Shown piece by piece: positions 1 to 8,149 of a DNA stretch of 32,000 nt. The stretch is from assembly GCA_963675515.1 (NCBI GenBank), contig OY776328.1:990001-1022000 (forward strand), read 5' to 3'. The position numbers and the translations under genes were made by a program. A model generated the notes under the pieces. That model ran no database searches. It was not told the DNA's origin and was given only the letters and a program-made list of their open reading frames with translations. Position 1 is the first letter of the stretch; each line of letters starts with the position of its first letter. This stretch comes from Coprobacillaceae bacterium (GTDB lineage: Bacteria; Bacillota_I; Bacilli_A; Erysipelotrichales; Coprobacillaceae).

Positions 1-55
1 ACAAGATGTATCTGGTGGCTAATTAAGTAAAATATCAGAAATATGAAAATATCTA

Positions 56-86
56 TTGACCTTAAGTTGAGTTAAGGTTGTAAGGT
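56..86 (+). promoter_or_regulatory. MerR-type promoter (site A): TTGACC, 19-bp spacer, TAAGGT, with an operator dyad in the spacer
   Basis: TTGACC at 56-61, a 19-nt spacer at 62-80, and TAAGGT at 81-86. A perfect inverted repeat ACCTTAA-gttgag-TTAAGGT (59-78) is centred in the spacer. It lies about 85 nt upstream of the 173 ATG. Confidence 0.55.
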
Positions 87-172
87 TTGTTTATCAAATG
101 ATTCGTTTGGGATATGAATCTCAGATGATTTATTTGTGAAAACTTAGCGAAATTAAAAGAGGAGTGTAAATC

Positions 173-754
173 ATGAGACATTTGATAGTCAGCTCACATC
201 CATATGACAAGAGTTTTAGCAACGGTATTGTTGAAACTATTGAAAAGGAAGCTTTGGAAAACGGGGCGGAAGTAAGAATCAGGAATCTTTACGAAATAGG
301 GTTTGATCCGGTGCTGGCAGGTTCCGACCTGTTGAATCTTCAAAGCAGTAATTATGCATCAGACATCAAAGTCGAACAGGAGCATGTTGAATGGGCGGAT
401 GTTATCACTTTTGTTTATCCGGTGTGGTGGGCAGGTATGCCGGCCATGTTGAAAGGATATGTGGATCGCGTCTTTGCGAACGGTTTTGCGTTCACGCATG
501 GTGAGACAGGTCCAACGGGTTTGCTCAAGGGTAAAAAGGCCTTGTTGTTCAGTACGACAGGATTCCCTAGTGAAATCTATGATCAGATCGGGATGCATAA
601 TTCAATGCAACAGACGTCAGACGAGGCAATTTTCAATTTCTGTGGTGTTGAAGTTGTCGGGCACGCATTCTTCGGTGCCATCCCAACATCAACAGCTCAG
701 CAACGCGAGCGGTATTTGGGCGAAGTCGCCAAGATTGTCAAAGAAAATTGTTGA
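173..754 (+). CDS. NAD(P)H dehydrogenase (quinone), flavodoxin-like fold family oxidoreductase
   Basis: 193-aa ORF. The N-terminus MRHLIVSSHPYDKSFSNG and the motif YPVWWAGMPAMLKGYVDRV are typical of the Flavodoxin_2/NQO family. A GAGGAG RBS at 157-162 precedes the ATG. Confidence 0.85.
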   Translation: MRHLIVSSHPYDKSFSNGIVETIEKEALENGAEVRIRNLYEIGFDPVLAGSDLLNLQSSNYASDIKVEQEHVEWADVITFVYPVWWAGMPAMLKGYVDRVFANGFAFTHGETGPTGLLKGKKALLFSTTGFPSEIYDQIGMHNSMQQTSDEAIFNFCGVEVVGHAFFGAIPTSTAQQRERYLGEVAKIVKENC

Positions 755-930
755 TAAATAAGTAATGATGTTCAATTTATTCGGCATCTCGATACATGAA
801 ATTCGATAACTAAAGTACTAATTTTGGAAATTGATGTGATACCATTGAAATGACGAGTGGTACGCAATTTATGAGTAAAGAATGTGACTTAAGGGAGGCC
901 CTTTGTGTTTTAGAAAGGAGAAAAACAATT

Positions 931-1341
931 ATGACAATAAGTGAAGCCGCCGAATTGACAGGCGTAAGTGTCGATAATCTTAGATACTATGAGCGGATTG
1001 GATTGATTCCCGAGGTTCCAAGAACCGAGTCAGGCATTCGTGACTACGATGAAATGTCCTTGAATTGGATTGATTTCGCCATGCGGTTCAAAAAAGGCGG
1101 GATGTCTCTTGAAGCCATCAGGGAATATATCCAGTTAGCCCTTCAAGGTGAGGCTACAAAGCCTGCAAGAAAGCTGATTTTGTTTGAAGCGAGACAGGAT
1201 TTGGAAAAGAAAATGGCTGACATCCAGGAAAGCCTGGATGTAATAAATTACAAATTGGACAATTATGAAGAAAAATGTGAACCATTTACTATGGACATGG
1301 TAAATGAATGGAAATCAAAGAAAGAAAACGCAAACAAGTGA
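931..1341 (+). CDS. MerR family transcriptional regulator
   Basis: MTISEAAELTGVSVDNLRYYERIGLI is a canonical MerR N-terminal HTH, and a C-terminal coiled-coil region follows. I moved the start from 850 to the internal ATG at 931 because AAAGGAG at 914-920 sits at the right distance. Product is 136 aa. Confidence 0.88.
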   Translation: MTISEAAELTGVSVDNLRYYERIGLIPEVPRTESGIRDYDEMSLNWIDFAMRFKKGGMSLEAIREYIQLALQGEATKPARKLILFEARQDLEKKMADIQESLDVINYKLDNYEEKCEPFTMDMVNEWKSKKENANK

Positions 1342-1357
1342 GAGAGGAATTTAAAGT

Positions 1358-1540
1358 ATGCCGGTAATCAATATCGAAGCAGGAAAACTGAACATAGATC
1401 AAAAGAGGGAACTTGTCAAAGAGATGACAGCGATAGCATCGAAAGTGATGAATGTTCCTGAACAGGCGTTCATTGTATTGTTGAAAGAAAATGAGACTGA
1501 GAACATCGGTCTTGGCGGAAAGTTGCTTTCGGACAGATAA
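1358..1540 (+). CDS. 4-oxalocrotonate tautomerase family protein
   Basis: 60-aa ORF starting MPVINIE (catalytic Pro1 after Met removal). Size and sequence are typical of 4-OT family monomers. It starts 17 nt after the MerR stop. Confidence 0.85.
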   Translation: MPVINIEAGKLNIDQKRELVKEMTAIASKVMNVPEQAFIVLLKENETENIGLGGKLLSDR

Positions 1541-1574
1541 GCCAGTTTCGTTTGAGATTTGAAAGGAGTACGCA

Positions 1575-2105
1575 GTGAAAATAGTCGTAATTACAGGAAG
1601 CCCTAGAAAAAAGGGGACATCCTCAGTTCTGGTGGAACAATTCATCAAAGGGGCCAATGAGGCGGGACATGGTGTCTATCGGTTCGATTCGGCCTTTGCA
1701 AATGTCAGTCCATGTAAAGGATGCAATTATTGCAAAACAAACGAATCATGTTGCATAAAGGATGACATGGAGGAACTGACCGGTGAACTTGTCAAAGCCG
1801 ATGTCATTGTCTTCGCCATGCCGGTGTATTACTTTGGAATGCCGGCCCAGATCAAGGCGGTTGTCGATCGAATCTATGCCCCGGAAAGCAAGATGTATGG
1901 CAACAAGAAGGTTGCACTGATGGCAACGGCCTATAATCCGGATGTCAAGGTCATGGCAGCACTCGTAAAACAGTATGACATGATTGTGGATTATATGAAG
2001 TGGGAGAATTTAGAAATGATTCTCGCATCAGGCTGCGGAGCAAGGGATGATATCACAAATACTGATTATCCTTTGAAAGCGTATGAGTTTGGAAAAAGTA
2101 TATAG
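1575..2105 (+). CDS. Iron-sulfur flavoprotein (Isf-like), NADPH-dependent FMN reductase family
   Basis: GTG start preceded by GAAAGGAG. MKIVVITGSPRKKGTS is an FMN_red-type N-terminus. The compact Cys motif CKGCNYCKTNESC (C-x2-C-x2-C-x5-C) matches the 4Fe-4S motif of Isf proteins. Confidence 0.8.
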   Translation: MKIVVITGSPRKKGTSSVLVEQFIKGANEAGHGVYRFDSAFANVSPCKGCNYCKTNESCCIKDDMEELTGELVKADVIVFAMPVYYFGMPAQIKAVVDRIYAPESKMYGNKKVALMATAYNPDVKVMAALVKQYDMIVDYMKWENLEMILASGCGARDDITNTDYPLKAYEFGKSI

Positions 2106-2143
2106 TGCAATTAGCTGGATTGAGAATATAAGAGGAGAAGAAA

Positions 2144-2656
2144 ATGGAATTTAATGAAGTAATCAAAAATCGTTTTTCATGTAAAAAATTTGACGGCCGC
2201 CAAGTTGATAAAGAACAGCTGGATGCAATTCTGGAAGCGGGAAGGCTCGCACCTACTGCAAAGAACCTTCAGGAACAGCACATTTATGTGGTTCAGTCAC
2301 AAGAAGGGCTTGCCAAGCTCGATAAGTTGACCCCTTGTAGATATGGGGCATCCACAGTTGCCGTAGTTGCCTTTGACAAAACAAACGTGTTTACCTATCC
2401 CGGTGAAAAACGGGATTCAGGTGTGGAAGATGCTACAATCGTGGCTACCCATATGATGTTGGCGGCTCACGCACAAGGTGTCGACAGCTGCTGGATCAAC
2501 TTTTTTGATCCGGAAATCATGGCAAAAGAATTGGGCATGAATGAAAACGAAGAAGTGCTCATGATGCTTGATCTTGGTTATGGTGTTGAGGGTACCCAAC
2601 CTCTTGTCACCCATAATAAGCGCAAGGATATCAGTGAATTAGTATCTTATTTATAA
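2144..2656 (+). CDS. Nitroreductase family protein
   Basis: 170-aa ORF. RFSCKKF near the N-terminus and LEAGRLAPTAKN are hallmark nitroreductase-fold motifs. An AAGAGGAG RBS is present. Confidence 0.88.
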   Translation: MEFNEVIKNRFSCKKFDGRQVDKEQLDAILEAGRLAPTAKNLQEQHIYVVQSQEGLAKLDKLTPCRYGASTVAVVAFDKTNVFTYPGEKRDSGVEDATIVATHMMLAAHAQGVDSCWINFFDPEIMAKELGMNENEEVLMMLDLGYGVEGTQPLVTHNKRKDISELVSYL

Positions 2657-2676
2657 AATACAGGAGGAAAACAATA

Positions 2677-3606
2677 GTGAATTTACCTAAAATAGCGATG
2701 GGCGCATGGGCCTGGGGCGACAAGGATGGATATTTTGGAAACACGATGACGGGAGAAGAATTCCGACCGATTTTCGATAAAGCGATGGAACTGGGATTCA
2801 ATCTGTGGGACACCGCAACAGCATACTCGAATGGCGAGTCAGAGAAAATTCTTGGTGGCTTTGTGAACGACGCTGGAAGAGAAAATGTAATCGTGTCGAC
2901 AAAATTCACCCCGCAAATGGCACCGATGTATGACAACAGCGTGGAAAAGATGTGCGACGCTTCATTGCAAAGAATGGGAATGACATATTTTGATATCTAT
3001 TGGATTCACAATCCGGTTGGAGCGCCGGAGTTCACGAGACAACTGATTCCACTTATCAAAAACGGCAAGGTTAAAAGCGTTGGTGTTTCCAACCATAGTC
3101 TCGCGCAGATAAAAGAAGCAAATGAAATTCTCAAGGCAGCCGGATACAAGATCTCCGCAGTCCAGAATCACTACAGCCTGATGAATTGTTCGTCGGAAGA
3201 ATCAGGCATATTGGATTACTGCAAGGCAAATGACATCGTATTCTATGGCTATATGACCCTGGAACAAGGTGCCCTTTCAGGTAACTATGATTCCAAGAAT
3301 CTCTTCCCTGAGGGTTCAGCCCGGGCCAAGGTGTTTAATCCGATCATGGACAAGATTGAAGTGATCACCGAGGAACTTGGAAAAGTGGCTGATGCCCACA
3401 GTGCCACAGTAGCCCAGATTGCAACCGCTTATGCCATCAACAAAGGTGTGCTTCCCATCCTGGGGGTGACCAAGATTTATCAAGTGGAGGAAGCAATCAA
3501 GATGGCCGACATCAAGCTTACCACTGATGAGATCACTGCTCTGGAAGAAGCGGCAAAGCGCTCAGGTGTGGAGTCGATCCAGTTCTGGGAAAGCAAAATG
3601 GACTAA
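2677..3606 (+). CDS. Aldo/keto reductase
   Basis: GTG start 9 nt after AGGAGG. Motifs GAWAWGD, WDTATAYSNGESE, STKF, IYWIHNP, GVSNH and QNHYSL fit the AKR catalytic framework. Product is 309 aa. Confidence 0.88.
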   Translation: MNLPKIAMGAWAWGDKDGYFGNTMTGEEFRPIFDKAMELGFNLWDTATAYSNGESEKILGGFVNDAGRENVIVSTKFTPQMAPMYDNSVEKMCDASLQRMGMTYFDIYWIHNPVGAPEFTRQLIPLIKNGKVKSVGVSNHSLAQIKEANEILKAAGYKISAVQNHYSLMNCSSEESGILDYCKANDIVFYGYMTLEQGALSGNYDSKNLFPEGSARAKVFNPIMDKIEVITEELGKVADAHSATVAQIATAYAINKGVLPILGVTKIYQVEEAIKMADIKLTTDEITALEEAAKRSGVESIQFWESKMD

Positions 3607-3977
3607 TCGTCCAATACCAAAGCACGGCCTGAGCAGGTACCCGATCGCGATTGGAAAATCAAAATGGGTTCAACTGTTTGGATGGCTGCAGTTATCCTGG
3701 CCGCCAAATTCATTAGTTGGCCACAAACATTATTTCTTCAACAATAATCCTGGAGTCACCTGTTTATAATGCGAAAAGCATGAACGTGATTCCCGGATTT
3801 TTTGTCCACATATTGCGTCTCAAACATCAACAGATTCAATAAAGATGAATATCCAAGTGAAAATTGTTGATTGTGAAAATCAATTTCGGATAGTGAGTTC
3901 AGTGATTACATTATCATGAATGATCGATGAGATTCCTGAAAAATGTCAGAATGCAAGCCAAAAGATTCCCTGCCCTC

Positions 3978-4008
3978 TTGACTTAAAGTTGACTTCATGT
4001 TGTATATT
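3978..4008 (+). promoter_or_regulatory. MerR-type promoter (site B) upstream of cbiM: TTGACT, 19-bp spacer, TATATT
   Basis: TTGACT at 3978-3983, a 19-nt spacer TAAAGTTGACTTCATGTTG, and TATATT at 4003-4008. The spacer shares the T-A-n-A-G-T-T-G and terminal TTG positions with sites A and C. It lies about 105 nt upstream of the cbiM ATG. Confidence 0.45.
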
Positions 4009-4114
4009 TAAAAGTGTTGCATCATTTTGTCTGAGTTTATGTGCTTCTCGATTCAAAAAGCCAAATCAGTGCAGTCGGTTGTTTAGACTGTGTAATCAAG
4101 GGAGAGTATATATT

Positions 4115-5131
4115 ATGCATATGGCTGACGCTTTGGTTTCCCCGGAAGTCGGGGGAGCTTTGTTTGTCGCTACGGCTGGCGTGGCGGCTTATTCACTTAG
4201 AAAAGTTAAAAATGATTTCGCGGATTACAAGGTTCCGCTCATGGGAGTCATGGGAGCTTTCGTCTTTGCGGCTCAGATGATAAATTTCACGATTCCCGGG
4301 ACCGGTTCAAGCGGGCATATCGGTGGGGGCATCCTGCTGGCGATCCTGCTGGGACCCTATTCGGGATTCCTGACGATGGCCTCGATCCTGGTAATCCAGG
4401 CCCTGTTTTTCGGGGACGGGGGCCTGCTGGCATTGGGATGCAATATCATCAACATGGGATTGTATACCTGTTTTGTCGCCTATCCGTTGATCTACAAACC
4501 GATAACGCAAAAGGGCTTGAGTCGCAAACGGATCTTCATCGGGGCGTTCCTGGCGGTGGTTGTCGGATTGCAAATGGGGGCCTTCAGTGTCGTGATGGAG
4601 ACATTGATTTCAGGCAAGACCGAACTGCCATTTGGGACCTTTGTAACGCTGATGCAGCCGATCCATCTGGCTATCGGAATCGTCGAAGGGATGATCACCG
4701 GATCGATTGTGGCCTTCATCTATCAGGCCCGGCCGGAATTGCTTGAAAACGCAAATAATGATAAATCAGGAAAATCATTTAGCTTCAAGAAAGTTGTGGC
4801 TACGATGGCGGTTTTGACACTGGTGGTTGGAGGTGTGCTTTCTTGGTTTGCTTCAAGCAATCCTGATGGCCTTGAATGGGCGATGGAAAGAACTGCCGGA
4901 ACTGCCGAGCTCGAGCAAGACGGGGAAGTCCATTCGATCTTGGGCGAAGTCCAGGAAAAGACAGCCTTCCTGCCTGATTATGGCTTTGGAGGAGAAGTGG
5001 GCGACACCATCACCCAGTACCTGGGAACTAGCGTTTCCGGGGTAGTCGGAGGTGGACTGACCCTCGGGTTATGTGCTACAATTGGTATGACGATAATTCA
5101 TGTGAGAAACAAGAAAGGTTCCACTTTATAA
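4115..5131 (+). CDS. cbiM: ECF transporter substrate-capture component CbiM/NikM fused to a C-terminal PDGLE domain (Co/Ni uptake)
   Basis: I moved the start to ATG 4115 (AAGGGAGAG RBS at 4098-4106), which gives the N-terminus MHMADALVSP; the Met-His N-terminus is the CbiM/NikM metal-binding signature. The body is multi-TM. The C-terminal part contains SNPDGLEW (PDGLE domain) and a final TM helix. Product is 338 aa. Confidence 0.85.
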   Translation: MHMADALVSPEVGGALFVATAGVAAYSLRKVKNDFADYKVPLMGVMGAFVFAAQMINFTIPGTGSSGHIGGGILLAILLGPYSGFLTMASILVIQALFFGDGGLLALGCNIINMGLYTCFVAYPLIYKPITQKGLSRKRIFIGAFLAVVVGLQMGAFSVVMETLISGKTELPFGTFVTLMQPIHLAIGIVEGMITGSIVAFIYQARPELLENANNDKSGKSFSFKKVVATMAVLTLVVGGVLSWFASSNPDGLEWAMERTAGTAELEQDGEVHSILGEVQEKTAFLPDYGFGGEVGDTITQYLGTSVSGVVGGGLTLGLCATIGMTIIHVRNKKGSTL

Positions 5132-5181
5132 GTGGAACCTTAATCTTCAAACAAATTGTTTCTAAAAAAGGAGGTGCGCCG

Positions 5182-5952
5182 ATGCTGAAAATACTGGCGG
5201 CCATGAACAATATCCGGCTGTTCGACGACCTGGCCCGCAAGGAATCGGCCATCCATTCGCTTCATCCCGGTGCCAAACTGATCACTACTTTCGCTTTTTT
5301 GATAACCTTGGTTTCCTTTGGGCGATACGAAATAATCGGACTGATGCCTTTTATGGCTTTTCCGCTGTTCATGATCATCAGGGCCGACCTGCCCATGGTG
5401 CCCCTGGGACAACGGCTGCTGGTGGTCGAACCGCTGATCATCGGGGTCGGGATCCTGAATCCGCTCTTCGATCCGGCCGGCTGGCTGATTTTCGCCTCAA
5501 TCATGATCAAGGCCACTTTGACAATAGTCGCCGCCCTGGTCCTGGTTGCCACAACCGGAATGGACAAGGTGGCATATGCCTTGCACAAGCTCAAGGTTCC
5601 GGATATGTTTGTTTTGCAGCTGACCTTGACCTACCGCTACATCTTCGTGTTGGTCGAGGAGCTGGTTGTGATGATGCGGGCCTATTCGTTGCGCAGCTAC
5701 ACCCAGAAGGGAATTGCCATCAAGGACAGCGGCCCTTTTGTCGGCCAGTTGCTGCTTAGAACCCTGGACCGGGCCAAACGAGTTCACGACGCAATGGGGC
5801 TTAGGGGATTCCAGGGCGTTTATCCCGACGACGGAAAAACTTCATTGAAGGCGAAGGACATGGTCTTCGCCATAGGGTGGATCGGATTTTTCTTGTTTGT
5901 CCGTTTATACAACTGGCCCGAATTGCTGGGTCAACTATTGGGAGGTATGTAA
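5182..5952 (+). CDS. cbiQ: ECF transporter transmembrane (T) component CbiQ
   Basis: Start is at ATG 5182 after AAAGGAGG (5167-5174). The protein is hydrophobic with the Arg-containing coupling motifs MRAYSLRS and AMGLRGF typical of CbiQ/EcfT. Its TAA stop overlaps the cbiO ATG (TAATG). Confidence 0.85.
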   Translation: MLKILAAMNNIRLFDDLARKESAIHSLHPGAKLITTFAFLITLVSFGRYEIIGLMPFMAFPLFMIIRADLPMVPLGQRLLVVEPLIIGVGILNPLFDPAGWLIFASIMIKATLTIVAALVLVATTGMDKVAYALHKLKVPDMFVLQLTLTYRYIFVLVEELVVMMRAYSLRSYTQKGIAIKDSGPFVGQLLLRTLDRAKRVHDAMGLRGFQGVYPDDGKTSLKAKDMVFAIGWIGFFLFVRLYNWPELLGQLLGGM

Positions 5953-6710
5953 TGAGTCATCATAAAATTGAAGTAAGGGATCTGGAATACAGCTATCCCG
6001 ATGGCTACCCGGCCATCAAAGACATTTCATTCACCATCCATCACGGGGATTCGGTGGGAATAATCGGGGCCAACGGTTCGGGCAAGTCGACCTTGCTGAT
6101 GCTGCTCCTTGGAATAATGTTTCCAAGCAAGGGGCAGGTGCTGGTCGGTGACGTCGCCCTGACCAAAAAGACCCTGGCCATGATCCGCCAGCGGCTCCAG
6201 CTCGTTTTCCAGGACAGTGATGATCAGCTGTTTACAACATCGGTCTATGACGATGTCGCCTTTGGACCGCGCAACTACAACCTGAGCCCATCCGAAGTCG
6301 AAGGCCGAGTCGATGAGGCGCTCGAACAGGTCGGCATCGCCCATCTCAAATACAAGGCACCATACAAGCTTTCGGGCGGCCAGAAAAAGGCCGCGGCGAT
6401 TGCCACGGTGCTGGCCATGCATCCCGATGTGCTGATCATGGATGAGCCGACTTCGGGACTCGATCCCAAGTCAAGGCGCCGCCTGATTGAAATCCTCAAC
6501 AGCTTCGACCACACCAAGATCATCACCAGCCACGATTTGGACCTGGTGCTGGACACCTGCGAGATCACAATCGTGATCAGTGAGGGCATGGTGGCTGCCA
6601 TCGGGCCCACTGAAGAGATCCTTTCCAATCGGGAATTGCTGGAAAGCTGCGATCTTGAAGTGCCATTGTCGATTCAAATCCGCAATCATCAAGGCAACTT
6701 GAAGGTATGA
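5952..6710 (+). CDS. cbiO: ECF transporter ATPase CbiO
   Basis: Start is at ATG 5952 (MSHHKIEVRDLEYSY). Walker A GANGSGKST, signature LSGGQKK and Walker B LIMDEPTSGLD are present. Product is 252 aa. Confidence 0.92.
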   Translation: MSHHKIEVRDLEYSYPDGYPAIKDISFTIHHGDSVGIIGANGSGKSTLLMLLLGIMFPSKGQVLVGDVALTKKTLAMIRQRLQLVFQDSDDQLFTTSVYDDVAFGPRNYNLSPSEVEGRVDEALEQVGIAHLKYKAPYKLSGGQKKAAAIATVLAMHPDVLIMDEPTSGLDPKSRRRLIEILNSFDHTKIITSHDLDLVLDTCEITIVISEGMVAAIGPTEEILSNRELLESCDLEVPLSIQIRNHQGNLKV

Positions 6711-6879
6711 TCATATTAACAAAGTGACAGATTTAAAAGGATCAGTTTATTTAAAACACTAATAAACGTGTAAAAATGGATTGGCCCTTTTTCCAATAAT
6801 ATGTTTGAATCAGCATGGAGATAAAATTGCAAGCATCTTTGTTTTTGATTGAACAGCCATATGAAATCTAAAATAATAC

Positions 6880-6910
6880 TTGACCTAGAGTTGGGTTTAA
6901 CTTGTAGGAT
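6880..6910 (+). promoter_or_regulatory. MerR-type promoter (site C): TTGACC, 19-bp spacer, TAGGAT
   Basis: TTGACC at 6880-6885, a 19-nt spacer TAGAGTTGGGTTTAACTTG, and TAGGAT at 6905-6910. It lies about 55 nt upstream of the 6967 ATG. The spacer contains the AGTT...AACT inverted repeat. Confidence 0.5.
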
Positions 6911-6966
6911 TGTATCATAGTCATTATCGCAATAATAAATGCAGTAATGAAAAAGGAGAAAGAAAA

Positions 6967-7836
6967 ATGGAATATGTCACATTGAATAACGAATTGAAAA
7001 TGCCAATCATGGGATTCGGGGTGTTCCAGGTCCCTGATAAAAAGGAGTGCGAAGAATCGGTATACCAGGCAATCAAAGCCGGATACCGTCTGATCGATAC
7101 GGCGGCGGTCTATACGAACGAGGATGCGGTCGGGACCGGAGTCAAAAGGGCAATCAGTGAAGGGATCTGCACAAGGGAAGATCTGTTCATCACCTCCAAA
7201 CTATGGGTTCAGGACATGAAAAGCTATGAGATGGCCAAAAAGGCAATCGAAGCTTCAATTGAAAAGTGCGGTCTGGAGTATATCGACCTGTATCTTCTGC
7301 ATCAGGCGATGGGTGATTATTTTGCTGCCTGGCGCGCCATGGAAGATGCCTATCAGGAAGGCAAGTTGAAAGCGATTGGTGTGTCCAACTTCTATCCGAA
7401 TATCCTGACGAATTTCTGCGAAACTGTTGCAATCAAACCGATGGTCAATCAGGTTGAACTGCATCCGTATTTCACCCAGGAACAGGCACTGGAAACAATG
7501 AAGCATTACGGCGTGATCCCTGAAGCATGGGCACCCCTTGGCGGAGGACGATACAATCCTTTCGAAGATGAGATGCTTCTTGCCATCGCCAATAAATACA
7601 ACAAAACAGTGGGACAGGTGATGCTTCGCTGGAATATCCAAAGAGGAGTGGTAGTCATCCCGAAATCAACCCACGTTGAAAGAATTATCGAAAACATCGA
7701 TGTTTTCGACTTCGAAATTGATGAAAACGAGATGAACCAAATCGCATCACTGGATCAGGGATACAGCGGTTCTAGAGCCAAACATTTTGAACCTGATTTC
7801 GTCCGCGGATGCCTGTCAGTAAAAATCCACGACTAG
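6967..7836 (+). CDS. Aldo/keto reductase (DkgA/YvgN-like 2,5-diketogluconate or glyoxal reductase type)
   Basis: I moved the start to ATG 6967 (AAAGGAG at 6951-6957), giving MEYVTLNNELKMPIMGFG. Motifs LIDTAAVYTNE, ITSKLW, IDLYLLHQA, IGVSNF, NQVELHPY and VIPKS are present. Product is 289 aa. Confidence 0.92.
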   Translation: MEYVTLNNELKMPIMGFGVFQVPDKKECEESVYQAIKAGYRLIDTAAVYTNEDAVGTGVKRAISEGICTREDLFITSKLWVQDMKSYEMAKKAIEASIEKCGLEYIDLYLLHQAMGDYFAAWRAMEDAYQEGKLKAIGVSNFYPNILTNFCETVAIKPMVNQVELHPYFTQEQALETMKHYGVIPEAWAPLGGGRYNPFEDEMLLAIANKYNKTVGQVMLRWNIQRGVVVIPKSTHVERIIENIDVFDFEIDENEMNQIASLDQGYSGSRAKHFEPDFVRGCLSVKIHD

Positions 7837-7923
7837 TTGACCATGGATGTTCGTCTGGATGAGTCGTGATCCTGTAATGTAGATTGATTAATCAAAGAAC
7901 TATGTTTAAAATTGATTTGAAAT

Positions 7924-7973
7924 GAAAAAAAGGGAGTGTCATGACTGGTAATGGTTGTGACATTCCCTTTTTG
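7924..7973. terminator. Bidirectional rho-independent terminator between the convergent AKR genes
   Basis: The stem pairs AGGGAGTGTCA (7931-7941) with TGACATTCCCT (7958-7968), with one G-U pair. An A-run lies 5' (7924-7930) and a T-run 3' (7968-7972), so it can terminate on either strand. Confidence 0.7.
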
Positions 7974-8149
7974 GCATCCATAAGAACGATGTATCCATAT
8001 ATGATGATGGGCCCTAACAATTCCAATGTGGTACAATTGTAGACTTATGCAAAAAAGGCGTAATGGACTCTTCAAAATTGGGGTTGATATTTCCTGAAGT
8101 GTGATTAGATCTCAATTCCAACTTCAGACTGATACGCAGAAAATTATGT

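Noticed and set aside
884-916. A possible autoregulatory MerR-type promoter before the merR gene (GTGACT, 19 nt containing AAGGG-agg-CCCTT, then TTTAGA).
   Set aside because: The -10 element is poor, and the implied start site would fall on or after the RBS at 914-920. The dyad is unrelated to sites A-D. The TTGAAA-19-TATGAG alternative at 845-875 is also weak.
3527-3769. An 80-aa ORF overlapping the AKR 3' end, and a 27-aa hydrophobic ORF (3664-3747, MGSTVWMAAVILAAKFISWPQTLFLQQ) in the AKR-cbiM spacer.
   Set aside because: Neither has a convincing RBS or a recognisable motif. The first overlaps a confident gene out of frame. A small membrane peptide cannot be excluded, but nothing supports it.
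3867-3883. An AT-rich inverted repeat TTGATT-gtgaa-AATCAA (with the outer AAATTG/CAATTT) about 100 bp upstream of the cbiM promoter, considered as a Fur/NikR-like operator.
   Set aside because: It does not match the Fur or NikR consensus as I remember them. It is too far upstream of the -35 element, and short AT-rich dyads are frequent by chance in AT-rich spacers.
3920-4114. The long N-terminal extension of the cbiM ORF in the ORF track (start 3920), and the similar upstream-extended starts at 850, 5071, 5877, 6910, 9356, 10162, 12798, 15197, 15876, 22937 and 29916.
   Set aside because: In each case an internal start has a proper Shine-Dalgarno sequence at 5-11 nt and yields the canonical family N-terminus. 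The extensions are Cys-rich or low-complexity text with no RBS, and several overlap the upstream gene.
8094-8127. The inverted repeat CTGAAGT...ACTTCAG just downstream of the minus-strand AKR stop, considered as its terminator.
   Set aside because: It is only a 7-bp stem with a 20-nt loop and has no U-tract on the minus strand. The stronger bidirectional terminator at 7924-7973 explains termination.
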